NCBI GenBank assembly: GCA_013239625.1
Contig: MU053881.1
Location: 16,236,373 to 16,300,372 of the forward strand
DNA: 64,000 bases
Source: Lama guanicoe
Taxonomy: Eukaryota
Reading direction: 5' to 3'
The notes under the pieces were generated by a model that saw only the letters and a list, made by a program, of their open reading frames with translations, was not told the origin of the DNA and made no database searches. Numbering within the stretch: the stretch's first letter is position 1; every line of letters begins with the position of its first letter. Below are positions 1-10,980 of the stretch, in pieces. Position numbers and translations under genes: made by a program.

Positions 1-60
1 CTGCCCTTTTCTTCCCCATGTCTCCTAAGCCTCTGTCCTCCCACACTCACCCACTCCCAG

Positions 61-3000
61 ATTGATGTCACCTACAACGTGCCAGACCCGGTGGCCAAGC
101 CATCCTTCCAGCTGCTTGTGAATCTCCAGGAGCCCGAGGCTGAGCAGCAGCGACCTCCCGCGCCCGCCCCCTCTGCTGATGATGACGACCCAGCAGCTGA
201 CCAGCATCACCAGGAGTACCAGGTGACACTGGAGGTGTGCACCAGGTAAGGCTTCCTGCCCCGCGGGCTGGCACCCCTGCCCTGGCGGCGTTTTGTATCA
301 GTCACAGCTAATCCATAGTGATGCTTGGCTAGGAATGCCTGGGGCTTGTACACCTTGTGGGAGCCCCCACAGACATTCCCCTGGCCAGAGTCAAAGCTGT
401 GGCTGGACCAGCCCCTGTGGTTCTTATTATGATTATAAGACGCACCTCAGCAACAACCATCAGGGAACTTTGAAGAGCAAGATTTCTTACTCATGGGTCC
501 CGGAGGGGACATGACCCTCCCAAGGGCCACACAGCGAGGTCGCAGGTAGAGAGAAAGAAGGCACGAACCTGAGTTTCTGCCTTCATTGAGGTCTGAGGGT
601 GGAGTGCCTAGGGTTTTGCAGATTCACTTTTTATTGGCAAATTTCAAATGTAATGGCAGGAATTAGGGTGCGGGAAAGGGAAAGGCAGGGCCGTTCTCAC
701 GCGGCCAGTTACCTAGTTGCCCAGGGCTTTCTAAGAGAGGGATCTTCATGGCGGGGAAGCCTGATGTCTTATCTGGTTGATTATCTAGGAGCTTGGATGT
801 CTTGGAATGGATGCCTTTGCAATCAAAAGCTTAACATCAGGCACTTACACCACAGAGGGCTTTTGAAATGAGTGAGGGAAATGGAAGTCCTTCTTACTGT
901 ATGCAACAGACCCCAGTGACAAGCCCCTATGTGACCCACCAGCTCCAGGTCTCTTGGTTTCCCAAAGGGTGATCCTGAGACCAGGCCACAGAGGGTCCTC
1001 AGGGCAGGTGCATGCAGCTGCCCTTAAAAGATGCTTGTTGCCATGGCAATCATGGGGGATCCCAAAGATGGGTGGGAGCTATGGCACCTGAAGCCCATTG
1101 GAGCCGCCCGGGCATCTTTCTCAACTTTGACCTTCAGCCCTCTCATGTCCAAGGCCCCATCTTAGGAAGTTTGGAAAAACAAGCTCAATTTGGCCCAAGC
1201 CCCTCCTGGGCCAGGGGGCTCCCTGAACCTCCAGCTGTGTTTCCAGCTCCACAGTGAGACTCAGGATGGTGACACTCAGCATGGCCGTGACCACTGTCTT
1301 GTCGGGTGAGGGAGCAAGACGCAGGTGGACTGGCCCAACTGTCTGGCCCCAGCAGGCCTGCTGGGGACATCTCTGTTCCTCCCTTTGATGTGTTAGGGAG
1401 AACCCACCCTGTGCCACACGGATACGGGCTCTCTCAGGCCTTACCCTGGCACGAAGCCTCCTCCACCCATCTCAGAGACACTGGCCACCCCATCCCCTTG
1501 GGCCCACAGTCTGCAGGTTCCTCTCTGAATATCAGCTTCCCTCTCTGTCACCAGCACCCAGCACATGGAAGGCCTGGCATGTAGCAGGCCTCAGGGGACA
1601 ACTTACCCTCCAGCTCCCTGCCCCATGCCACAGAAGGGGAAATGGAGGGCTGGCACTGGCGAGTGACTGGGTCTCCCCCAGTGGCCTGGGCTCCCTCGAC
1701 CCCATGGAGCTACTTTCCGTACTTGGGTCACAGCATGAGGTTCGGGGCAAAACATAGCCCAGAGCTGATGGACCTGACTCAAGCCCAGAAGCCTTGGCGA
1801 GGGCTTTTCCCTACGATCTCAGTGTCTCAGTTGTGATACGGGCTGACCAATGACCCAGCCAAGGTTTTTTGTGCAGAGGGGCTGCCAGCCAGGCCCGGAT
1901 CAGGCTCAGGGGTTGTGGGGACAGAGGGGGCCGTGAATTCCACTGTGGGGCTCGAGTTCAAGGACCTTTCTCTCTCTCCTCTCATCGGAAGATGGCTGCA
2001 TGCAGGGTCCTCCAACATGGCAGTCCTGGAGGTCCCCCTGCTGTCAGGGTTCCGGGTGGACGTTGAGAGTCTGGAGCAGGTGAGGTGGTGCTGGTGGGCC
2101 GGGGCCAGCAAATTCCAGGTTGCAAATTCCCAGCTCTTCATTAAATGGGTTTTTGTTTTCGTTTTTGCCTTTCTGGGCAAAGTTGGTGCTTTGGGGCTGG
2201 CCACTTGCTAAGGGGCAGGTGGGGAGGGGTGGGGGCTCTCTTGCTAGGTGTCACCCACTGGGCCACCTGTGCTGTTATCCACTGGGCAGAAGAGGGCTTC
2301 CGCAAATCTGCGTGCCCCCTGGGGATGACATAGGGATGGCAGGGAGTGCCCCCAGCCCAGGTTCTCCAGATACTGGTCTCTACCCTCAACTTAAAGAGAG
2401 ACCAGTCCACTCTCGTGGGGGTGGGGGGAGAGGCTCGGAAGGGGGTCACAAAGAGGGGGTGCTGCCTTTCCCCGAGGAGGTCTGCAGGGTGGGGACGATG
2501 GAGCATGAAAGTGGGGGCTCTCCTGGGGGTGGTGGTTGACTGGTGCAGGGGAGGCAGGAGCAGGTGGCAGGGCCAACTGGGCACCTGGGGGGCCACAGGT
2601 AGGCCTAGGGCTGGGACGGGATTGTGGGAGACTGCAGGGAGGAGAGGGGAGGCAGGTGCTTGGGACAGTGGTAACCAGCCTTGAATGCCCTCTCCTGGGT
2701 GCTGACCGCCAGCCCCTGGCCCAGCCCATGGGGACTTGCTGGACGACTGTAAGCAAACCCTCAAGCACCCACCTGGGGCCCTTGGAGATGAGGGAGGAAG
2801 AGCGCATTGGGGGCAGAGGGGCTGGGAGGGTCTTGACCTCTGGCTTCTTCTCCAGCTGCTCCTTGACAAGTACATCACACTGAAGAGGTACGAGATGGCT
2901 GGACGCAGAGTGCTGTTCTACTTTGATGAGGTATTGCCAGCCAGGGGCAGTGGGCGGAGGCCTCCACAGCAGCTACGTTGGCGAGGGCACGGCCATCTTG

Positions 3001-5287
3001 GCGCAGTGTGGTTCCTGCAATGATCTCATACCCAGAAAAAGAAACTGGGAGAGTAAATCCAGGAGGAGTTGGCGCGGCTGCTGGCTCTGTGCCCCAGCCA
3101 GTTAGCTTTGGTGGAAAAAGTTGGGAGGGGTGGGGAATAGTATTCAGGCATCAAAAGCAATGAAGCACTGATGCACTGAACCTCCAAGACATGCTGAGTG
3201 AAAGAAGCCAAACACAGAAGGCTGCATAGTGCATGAACCCATTTATGGGAAGTGTCCAGAACAGGCAGATGCAGAGACAGAAAGTAGACTGGTGGTTGCC
3301 AGAGGTTGAGGGATGGGGAGTGACTGCTAATGGGGGTGGGTTTCCATTTGAGGTGTTGAAAATGTTCTGCAGATGGATAGTGGTTGCACAAGACTGTGAA
3401 TGTACACACACACACACGCACGCACGCACGCACGCAAAGGGAAGGGAGAGCACCTGCCATGGGGGAGTCAGGGGTGAAAGGCCAGCTGAGATCCTTTCCT
3501 GGGATGGGATGACAGGACCCAGAGAATTGACATGGGATCAGGTTTCTGTGTTTCATGCCTCCTGGGCACCCCAAAATCTGCCAGTTCTGGGCCTACATTT
3601 TGGGGCGTCACAGAACGTAGAGGCGGGAGCTCAGTCCCTGACCTTAGTGGCCCCAGCTAAGCTTGAGCCCGCCTGCTGCCCCCGCAGATCTCCAGCCGGT
3701 GTCTGACGTGCGTGCGGTTCCGGGCGATCCGTGAGCACGTCGTAGGCAGGACATCCGCGCTGCCCATCTCCGTGTATGACTACTACGAGCCTGGTAGGCC
3801 TGCGCCCGCCGCCCGCCACCCCAGCTCCGTCTCTTACGCTGTCACCCATCACTTGGTCACCGTTCTCCCCTCGTCCCGCAGCCTTCGAGGCCACGCGCTT
3901 CTACAATGTCAGCGCGCGCAGCCCGCTTGCCCGGGAGCTGTGCGCAGGGCCTGCTTGCAACGAGGTGGAGCGCGCCCTGGCCCAGGGCCCCGGTGAGTGC
4001 GCGGGGCCGCTGCCCCTTCCGACCACCCGCCACCCCGACCCCACCCGCGGGCTTGGGGGAAGGCGGTTGTCTTGGAGGGGAGTCGCCAGGCCGAGAACGG
4101 TACCAAGTGTTAGAGGCGGGGAGGACCCGGCACGGTCAAGGGCGCGCGGCCGGAGCGGAGCGGAGGGGCGGGGCTGAGCAGAGAGTGGGCGAGCAGTGAG
4201 GAGGAGGCGGGGCTTAGCTGGGCGGCGGGAGCAGTGGGGAGGGGGCGGAGCCGAGCGGAGTGGGAGGCGGGCCGCGTTGTAGAAGTTGGAGGCCCAGAGG
4301 ACTGCCCTTGCCTCCCCTGTCCCACAAGCCAGAGAGTGTGGGGACACCGGGGTCCAAGCCATGAGCGCCGAGTGACTGCAGCGAAGGGAGGGGCTGGGGG
4401 TCCCTCAGGGCCCTTTCCTTTATTTTCCAAACTTCTTGAAATGGGTTTAGATTGCTTTTAACTTAAAAGTTTTCTTTAAAATTGTTTGCATAAATATTAG
4501 GCAACTACTTGCCTGAAATTCCAACAGGTCAGCTCTCAGGGCTTCCCAGGAACTGTCTCCAGCTGGGGCGTGGTCCCAGCCCTCAGGGACTTCTCCACCC
4601 GAGGCCCAGTGGGAGGCAAGGGTCAAGTGGTGGGGTGGGGTTCCCGGGGCCCTGCCGACTTTTTCGCCTCGCCCCCCAGGCTGGTCCCCCGGCGAACGAG
4701 GTCCCGTCACCGTCCCAGAGGAGGGAGCGACAATCACGCGCTGTGGCTGCGCCCGCGACTGCGGCACCAGCGAGGACCCGGTGTGCGGTTCCAATGGCAT
4801 CGTCTACGCCAGCGCCTGCCGCCTGCAGGAGGCCGCTTGCCGCGAACGCGTGAAATTGGAACCCGCGCCCCCTGGCCGCTGCGCCCTTGGTGAGGACCCA
4901 ACCCGTGCCTGGCCTCCGGGACCCTACCTCGCTTCGGAGTGCATCGCCCCATCTTCTCCAACACGCTGTCTCCTCTCCATCACCTCTTTGAGTCTGGGTC
5001 CTTCTGCATCTCCTCAGTCTTGTTAAATCTCTCCCCAGACCTATCCCACCCTTGTACTTTTCTGCTTCTCCCCATCTCTGACCTCAGTGTCTGTCGCTCC
5101 GGGCTGTTGGTATTCCAGATCCTCTCCCTGCAGTGCCTTCCCTACCGACTCAGTCCTCCTTCCTTCCAGAGCAGCCGACATCGGCCTCTGCCTTGTACAA
5201 CTATGACTATGACCTGGACCCCCTGGACGTGGGGCACCTGGCAGTCAGCCATGAAGCAGTGGACTTGGACGGGGAGGCAGAGGACAG
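61..5287 (+). CDS. CPAMD8: CPAMD8 (C3 and PZP-like alpha-2-macroglobulin domain-containing 8), 3' part: receptor-binding domain, Kazal domain and acidic tail; 5' part lies outside the window
   Basis: Seven phase-compatible GT-AG exons: 61-245, 1992-2079, 2856-2930, 3688-3793, 3882-3992, 4680-4889, 5170-5287. Spliced translation [13 protein letters not shown]...[25 protein letters not shown]...RRVLFYFDE...[17 protein letters not shown] shows A2M receptor-binding-domain motifs. It is followed by the Kazal motif C-x3[27 protein letters not shown]...C. No in-frame stops. Confidence 0.95.
416..850 (-). mobile_element. Probable degenerate ERV-type solo LTR
   Basis: TG...CA-bounded block of about 430 bp whose composition differs from the flanks. 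Family not identified. Confidence 0.35.
3140..3402 (+). mobile_element. L1M 3'-end fragment
   Basis: atgctgagtgaaagaagccaaacacagaaggc...ggttgccagagg...gatagtggttgcaca is typical of the L1MB/ME 3' end. Confidence 0.75.
3403..3435 (+). repeat. (CA)n/(CGCA)n compound microsatellite
   Basis: acacacacacacacgcacgcacgcacgcacgca. Confidence 0.9.
3650..4930. promoter_or_regulatory. Intragenic CpG island in the 3' part of CPAMD8
   Basis: Dense CpG across three exons and their introns, with GC boxes in intronic sequence at 4100-4280. Confidence 0.7.
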
Positions 5288-5540
5288 GTGAGAGCTGGGC
5301 CCGCCCCCAACCTCCATCCACTGGCCCTGGAACCTGGCCAGGAGTGGAGTGACGGAGGGGTCAGCGTGCAGGGTTTTGGGGGATGAGGTGGAAGATCCCT
5401 TCTCCTCAACCCCTCCCACCCCGTTCACCCAACACACATCAAAGAGCAGCTTGTATGTGCAGGGTGAGCTGAGTGAACCCTCCCAAGGACTCGACCTCAG
5501 GACAGACTTGTCCCTGAGACTCACTGGGGCCTGCAACCCT

Positions 5541-6026
5541 TGATAAAGAAGAAATTATTCATGATGCAAGGAATATTTTATTCAAGGTGGGGGTGCTATC
5601 AAGATAGAGGGAATCTTGCAGTGGGGGTAGAGGTCATACCCAACTCCTAACATAAAAAAATAAAAGTGGGAATTTATATCCAAGGAGCGGAGTGGGGGGC
5701 AGTGGTTGGAAAATTACTAAGAGGAAATGTCAGGGGTGAAGGAGGGGTATTTTAGCCAAAGCGACGGAAACTGATTGTGGCTGAAGGCAGGCCAGGGTGA
5801 CAAGACCACACGAGGTGGGGAGTGGTGGAGAATGAGAAACCCCATCAGATATCAAGAGTGATCAGTAAGGAGGATAGGGGATTCTGGCTAAATTGGTATA
5901 TTAGCAAGATTCTTGCCATAATCAGACAGTGCTGAGATGGACGTGGAAGCCTTAAACTTGAGACCAAGATGAAAAAGAGCTCAGAGGAGCTTGAGTGGTG
6001 TTTGGTCAGAGAGAGAATCTTTGTCC
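5541..6026 (-). mobile_element. MER31-like ERV1 solo LTR
   Basis: The minus strand begins gacaaagattctctctctgaccaaac..gctcctctgagctc, like the recalled MER31 5' end. An LTR AATAAA lies near 5576-5582. Confidence 0.6.
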
Positions 6027-6339
6027 CCCTGAGGGAAGGATGGAGGAAATGGTCAGGGGTAAGGCTGGGAGGGGGCTTCTGGGCAGACTTCCTGGAGGAG
6101 GCAGATCTTTCAGGCTGAGCAAACTCAACTCAAAGGCTTTACATGACAGGTTGATCTATCAGCTAAGGTAAGTGCCAGGTTCTGGAGACTGGCTGCGATG
6201 TTAGATCTCAGAGCCCTGCCTTCCTGGGTGGTGAGGGTTTCTCTGTCCCATGCAAGTGCCAAAGACTGATTTGTATCCCCACCCAGCAAACCCAGTAGGA
6301 GAGATTTTCCACCAGCACCCACCAAAGTCCCAGAGATTT

Positions 6340-7360
6340 AACAGTGCGTCATCTGGCACCAGGCACGGGGTTTAGTCCACATGCATGAAACAGAATTATT
6401 GACAGAGCTGGGTTCAGGGCTACTGCTGCGATTTTTTTGTTTGTTTTGTCCCCCACCCCCTGGTGTTTCTCCTTCCATGCCCTCTTGACTTACTTGACTG
6501 TTCTTTAGAATTCTATTTTGATTCAACTGTTGTCGTTTTAGTATTATTTTTTTAGCAGTGGCTCTGGGGATAACATCCTTAAACTTTTCAGTCTGCTTGG
6601 TGGAAATCTTGTACCACTTCACCAAAACATAGCAACTTTGAAGGCATTTATGTCCATGTGCTGTCCTCTCCCACCCCTCACACTATAAATATCATGTATA
6701 TAGCTTTAAACTCTCCCTAGTGTTTCCCACCCTGTCCAGTGTGTGCTAGCTAAGCTGTCTCTAGCGCCTTCGGAGAGAAGTCTGCTTTTGTCTTTGTTTT
6801 GGAGGGGAGGATTTTTTAAAAATCAGACTTCTAAATTTGAGATAACCATAGGTTCACATGCAATTGTGAGAAATAACAGAGAAATCTTAAGCGCCCTTCA
6901 CCCAGTACCCCCAGTAGGCACATCTCTCAGAACTCAAGGACCGTGTTACACCAGGAAATTGACATCAGTACAGCCTACCCATCTTACTATTTCACTACTT
7001 TTACATGCACTCTTTTGCAACTGAGTCCGCAGTTTCCCCCAACGTGCAGATCTGTGTAGTCATGACCACAATCGAGACACAGAGTAGCCCAACGTCTCAA
7101 GGATCCCTTGAGCTGCTGTATTGTAGCCACACCCACCCACCTTCCCCGACTCCCACCTCCACCCCTGCTAACCATTCATTTGTCTCCACTACTCTGCAAT
7201 TTTGTCATTTCAGGGATGCCTTGTAAACAGAATTGTGGAGTCCATGCCCTTCCGAGATTGCCTTTTTTTCCTTTTCTTTCCATTCAGCAGAGCAGCGCTC
7301 GCTCGCTGTCCGTCCGTGGTGCTGTGTGTATCAGTAGTTCCTTTCTTTTTTCAGCTGGCT
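6340..7360 (-). mobile_element. Old L1M fragments
   Basis: Degenerate ORF1/ORF2-junction-like sequence at 6340-6700 and an L1MC/MD 3'-like block at 6835-7360 (ttgagataa..cacatgcaattgtgagaaataacagaga). Confidence 0.6.
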
Positions 7361-8713
7361 GAGCTCCACAGATAGGGCTTTGATTTTGCTGGTGGCCCGG
7401 TGCGAGTTGCTCCCATTCTTACCAGAACTGAAGCCCCTCCCATCACTGTGGCCCAGCGAGGGCTGACACAGATCCTGAGGAGCCTGGCTGGACCATGCCC
7501 CCCCCACACCCCTGCCCGCAGTGGGGTGCTCCTGCCTCAGTAGGCAGAGGCAGCCAAGCTGAGCCACTTGGAGGTGGGATCCGGGAGGGGACACAGCCCT
7601 GCCCCCCAGACATGGCAGCCCACAGGCATTTTCCCCCTTCTCTCCCCATCAGTCAGAGTGGCTTCTCTTCCTAAAGCTCCAAGCAGGAAGACATCATCTG
7701 GCTGTGTATCCCTTTTCACGCTGCCGGAAGGGGGCCACTGACAGGAGACTTGACCGGGGGCTGGCGGACCCCACCCCAGGTGATCCCTGCTTCCAAATGC
7801 ACCTGATAAATGGACCGGCAGAGACCTGCCCTAACGGATGGTGGGCTTCCTGGGGGCCCAGCCCCTACTTCAACAGGAAGGATGGCCAGCGGGGTGGCTG
7901 GAAGCCCCCTTTCCCCCCACCTCCCTGGCTGCAACTGGAACTCCAGGTGCCCCACCCTCCAAACCTAGGGCTGGGCGACCAGAGCAGCTCCGACAGCCTG
8001 ACCTCCTGCTCCCCAGAGAAGGGATGTTTCTGGGAAGAACTCATGGCAAAAAGCTTGTTTCTGAGAGGATATGACTGGCCAAATCAAGGACCTAGCGTCC
8101 ACCCCCTCGTCAGTGAAGCGAAATGGGCAGCCTTTCTCCAAAATGCAAAAGTCCCGGCCTCTCTTTGGGCCACCCAGGCTGCTGAGGCCCTGACCCAGAC
8201 CCCCAGTTGTCCCAGAATCATCTCGCCCCAGGGTCCCTGAATGTCTGGTCTTGACAGCATCAGGCTCTGCGGGGAAAGTTCTGGGCTCCAGGCAGATACA
8301 TCTTCATCTTTCTGCTTCCGGGCCCCCCTGACCTCCCAGCGCCCCACCTGGAATATTGGCCCCCTCACAGTCTCCTGGGAGGTTATCCCAGCTCTGGACC
8401 AACCAAAGCCTGCCCCCATCTCTGGACCCTTCCAGCTGTCTCTTTCCCCTCTTGCATTCGCCTGTCTTCTCCCTCCACGGTGGTATTTATTTCAGCCAAC
8501 CCTGCTCATCTCGGGACAGCACGGAGACCCTGAGGAGGTGCCCAGCCTGTGGGTCCCCGTCATGCAGCACCAGCCACTTTCTGAGCCCCTGATCCCCCCA
8601 CCCCCCACCACCAGTCTATGAGGTACAGTTCCCTCGGCCAAGGCCCTGTTGCCCGCTTGTCATAGAGGCTGCTGGTGTAATAAAAGCTCATTTCTATTGA
8701 GTCACACACACAG

Positions 8714-8867
8714 GCTTGGGCCTCCTGCGGGCAGGGGAGCCTGGGGGGCAGCTCCAAGGGCTGGAGCCCAGCTTCCATCTGGCCCTTCACCTCCATTCCT
8801 TCACCCACAGCCAGCCTTTCAGAGCAGGGTGGGGAAGAGGCTTTCGAACACCTGCACCTCAAGATAA
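8714..8867 (+). CDS. CPAMD8: Candidate CPAMD8 terminal coding exon (human-like C-terminus)
   Basis: The acceptor cacag|G is phase-compatible with exon 5170-5287. It translates (R)LGPPAGRG...PAFQSRVGKRLSNTCTSR*, which resembles the recalled human ending PAFQS...MSNTCTLR. The pyrimidine tract is weak and no AATAAA follows; see findings for an alternative exon. Confidence 0.45.
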
Positions 8868-9092
8868 TCAGATTCCTGTGCATTTGTAAGCAATTAGACC
8901 AATGCAGAGAGGTCCCAGGCACCCTTCACCCAGCCTCCCCCAGTGATAACCTCTTGTGAAACTCTATTACCTCCTCACACCAGGCTATTGACATGACGGC
9001 TTCGCTCACTATTCATACAGCCCCAATTCATGTTCTTGTGTGACCTTGGACACACAGGAAGTGGCTGGGCCCAGGAACCTGCATTTAACCCC

Positions 9093-9519
9093 ATCTTAGT
9101 TTCCTGGGGCTGCTGTAACCACGTACCACAAACTACGTGACTTGAAACAACGGACATTTATTCTCTAACAGTCCTGGAGGCTGGAAGGCTGAGGTCAAGG
9201 GGTGGGTGGGGTTGGCTCCTTCTAGGGGCTGTGAAGAGAACTCTGCCCCAGGCTGCTCTCCCGGCTTCTGGTGGCTGCCAGCAGGCTATGACATCCTTTG
9301 GCTTGTGGCCGCATCATGCCATCTCTGCTCCATGGTCACATGGCCTTCTTCCCGTGTGTGTCTCTGTGTCCTCTTATAAGGACACTAGTCATGGGATTCA
9401 GGGCCCACTCTACTCTAATGTGACCTCATCTTACTTACACCTGCAAAGACATTATTCCCAATGTTTGGAGGTTCCCGGTGGACGTGAGCTGGGAGGGGAC
9501 CCTATTCAACCCAGTCCAA
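9093..9519 (-). mobile_element. MaLR LTR (MLT1C-like), same orientation as F2RL3
   Basis: ttagtttcctggggctgctgtaacc..taccacaaact..atttattctc..ggaggctggaag..tcttataaggacactagtcat..attcaaccc. Confidence 0.85.
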
Positions 9520-9556
9520 CTCCCTTCCCGTCTGCTCTGCCTATGGAGGGGCTGTC

Positions 9557-10980
9557 TCACACCAGCGAGGAGGACCGGGTGCCCATCCCTGGGCTGCCCC
9601 CGTCCTTGGAAGCTGTCACATTGCCAGGCGTCCGGCAGAGCAGCCCCTCCTGCACCTTGCCCCTGAACTCAGGTGACACATAGTAATAGATGAAGGGGTC
9701 TAGGCAGCTGTTGAGGGTGCTGAGCGCCAGGCTGGGCACATAGGCGGCGTACAGGTTCCCCCAGGCATCTGGGCCTGGGTTTGAGTAATGCAGCAGCAGC
9801 AGCACATTGCTGGGCACGAAGAAGGCCACAGCCGAGGCCAGCACCAGGGCAGTCAGCTTCAGCGCGTGGCCGTAGCGCCGGCCGCCAGCCGCCAGCGTGC
9901 ACAGGGTGGCCCCGTAGCTCAGCAGCATGGCCAGCAGCGGCAGGAAGCAGCCGAGCACGGCCAGGCAGATGAAGGCCGGACGCCAGTAGGAGGTCTGGGC
10001 GCTGACGGGCAGCGCGTCGTGGCAGAGCACGTGGTCTGAAAGCGCCAGTCGGAATGTCTGCCGCTGCAGCGCCAGGGGCAGTGCCAGGGTGGCCGCCACC
10101 AGCCAGGCTGCAGCACAGAGCCCGATGGCCAGGGCCTGGCCTCGCAGGGCACGGGCCTGCAGCGGGTGCACCACGGCCAGGTAGCGGTCCAGGCTGATGG
10201 CGGCCAGCAGCAGCACAGAGCCGTACATGTGGCCGTAGAGCATGGCTGTGTCCAGGCGGCAGGCAGCCTCGCCAAAGGGCCAGCGCTGGCCCCGCAGGTG
10301 GTAGGCCACGCGAGGCGGCAGAGCCAGGACCAGCAGCAGGTCAGCGGCTGCCAAGTTCATCAGCAGCACCGTGGAGGGCAGTCGTGGCACCCGAGTGGCC
10401 AGCACCCACAGTGCCAGGCCGTTGGCGGGCAGCCCCACCGCCAGGGCCAGTCCGTAGAGCGCGGGCACCAGCCTCGTGGGCACCCAGCCCAGCAGCAGTG
10501 CCCGAGAGCTGACCAGGAGCTCCAGAGTGTTGCTGTCATTAGCAGAAGGCTGGCCAGGGAAGCTGCGTGGGCGGGGCCCTAGGATGCCATCTCGGGGAGA
10601 GAGACCTAGAGGGAAGGGGGTGCTGAGAGCCCAGGTGTCGACACCGCCTCTCAGCCGTTTCCCCCTACCCCCCTGGATGGTGCTACCCCTGAGAAAGTGC
10701 AGTCTGGGCTCCAGCTCTCACAAGTTCCCAGGCTCGTGGGACAGAGCTGAACACAGACTCCATCAGCCCTGTAGACTCAGGGTAGGGGTGGAGGGTCCTC
10801 TCCAGTTCCCTGTGTCCCCATCACTGGCTCTAGGGCCCCCTAGTCCCAAGACAGGGCCCGAGGTCACTCACCATCGCCTCCTCCCATGGACTCCACCTCG
10901 TAGTAGGCAGCGGGGGTCAGAGTGACATCCTCTGGGCTGAGCCCCCGCACCAGGGGCCACAGCAGCAAGAGCACCCACAT
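9557..10980 (-). CDS. F2RL3: Proteinase-activated receptor 4 (PAR4), thrombin receptor GPCR, 385 aa
   Basis: Exon 1 is 10980-10872 (MWVLLLLWPLV..., donor GTGAGT). Exon 2 is 10605-9557 (acceptor ctctag). Total 1158 nt. Motifs: PR|SFPGQP cleavage site, GLPANG, NLAAADLL, DRY, CHDAL in ECL2, NSCLDPFIYYYVS. Synteny with SIN3B and CPAMD8. Confidence 0.97.

Noticed and set aside
2141..2878. 245-aa minus-strand ORF in a CPAMD8 intron
   Set aside because: It is a Pro-rich translation of a G-rich intron with no homology cue.
7426..7562. Acceptor ttcttaccag| as a CPAMD8 next exon (RTEAPPITVAQ...)
   Set aside because: It is phase-compatible but has no homology cue and no nearby poly(A) signal; weaker than the candidates at 8496 and 8714.
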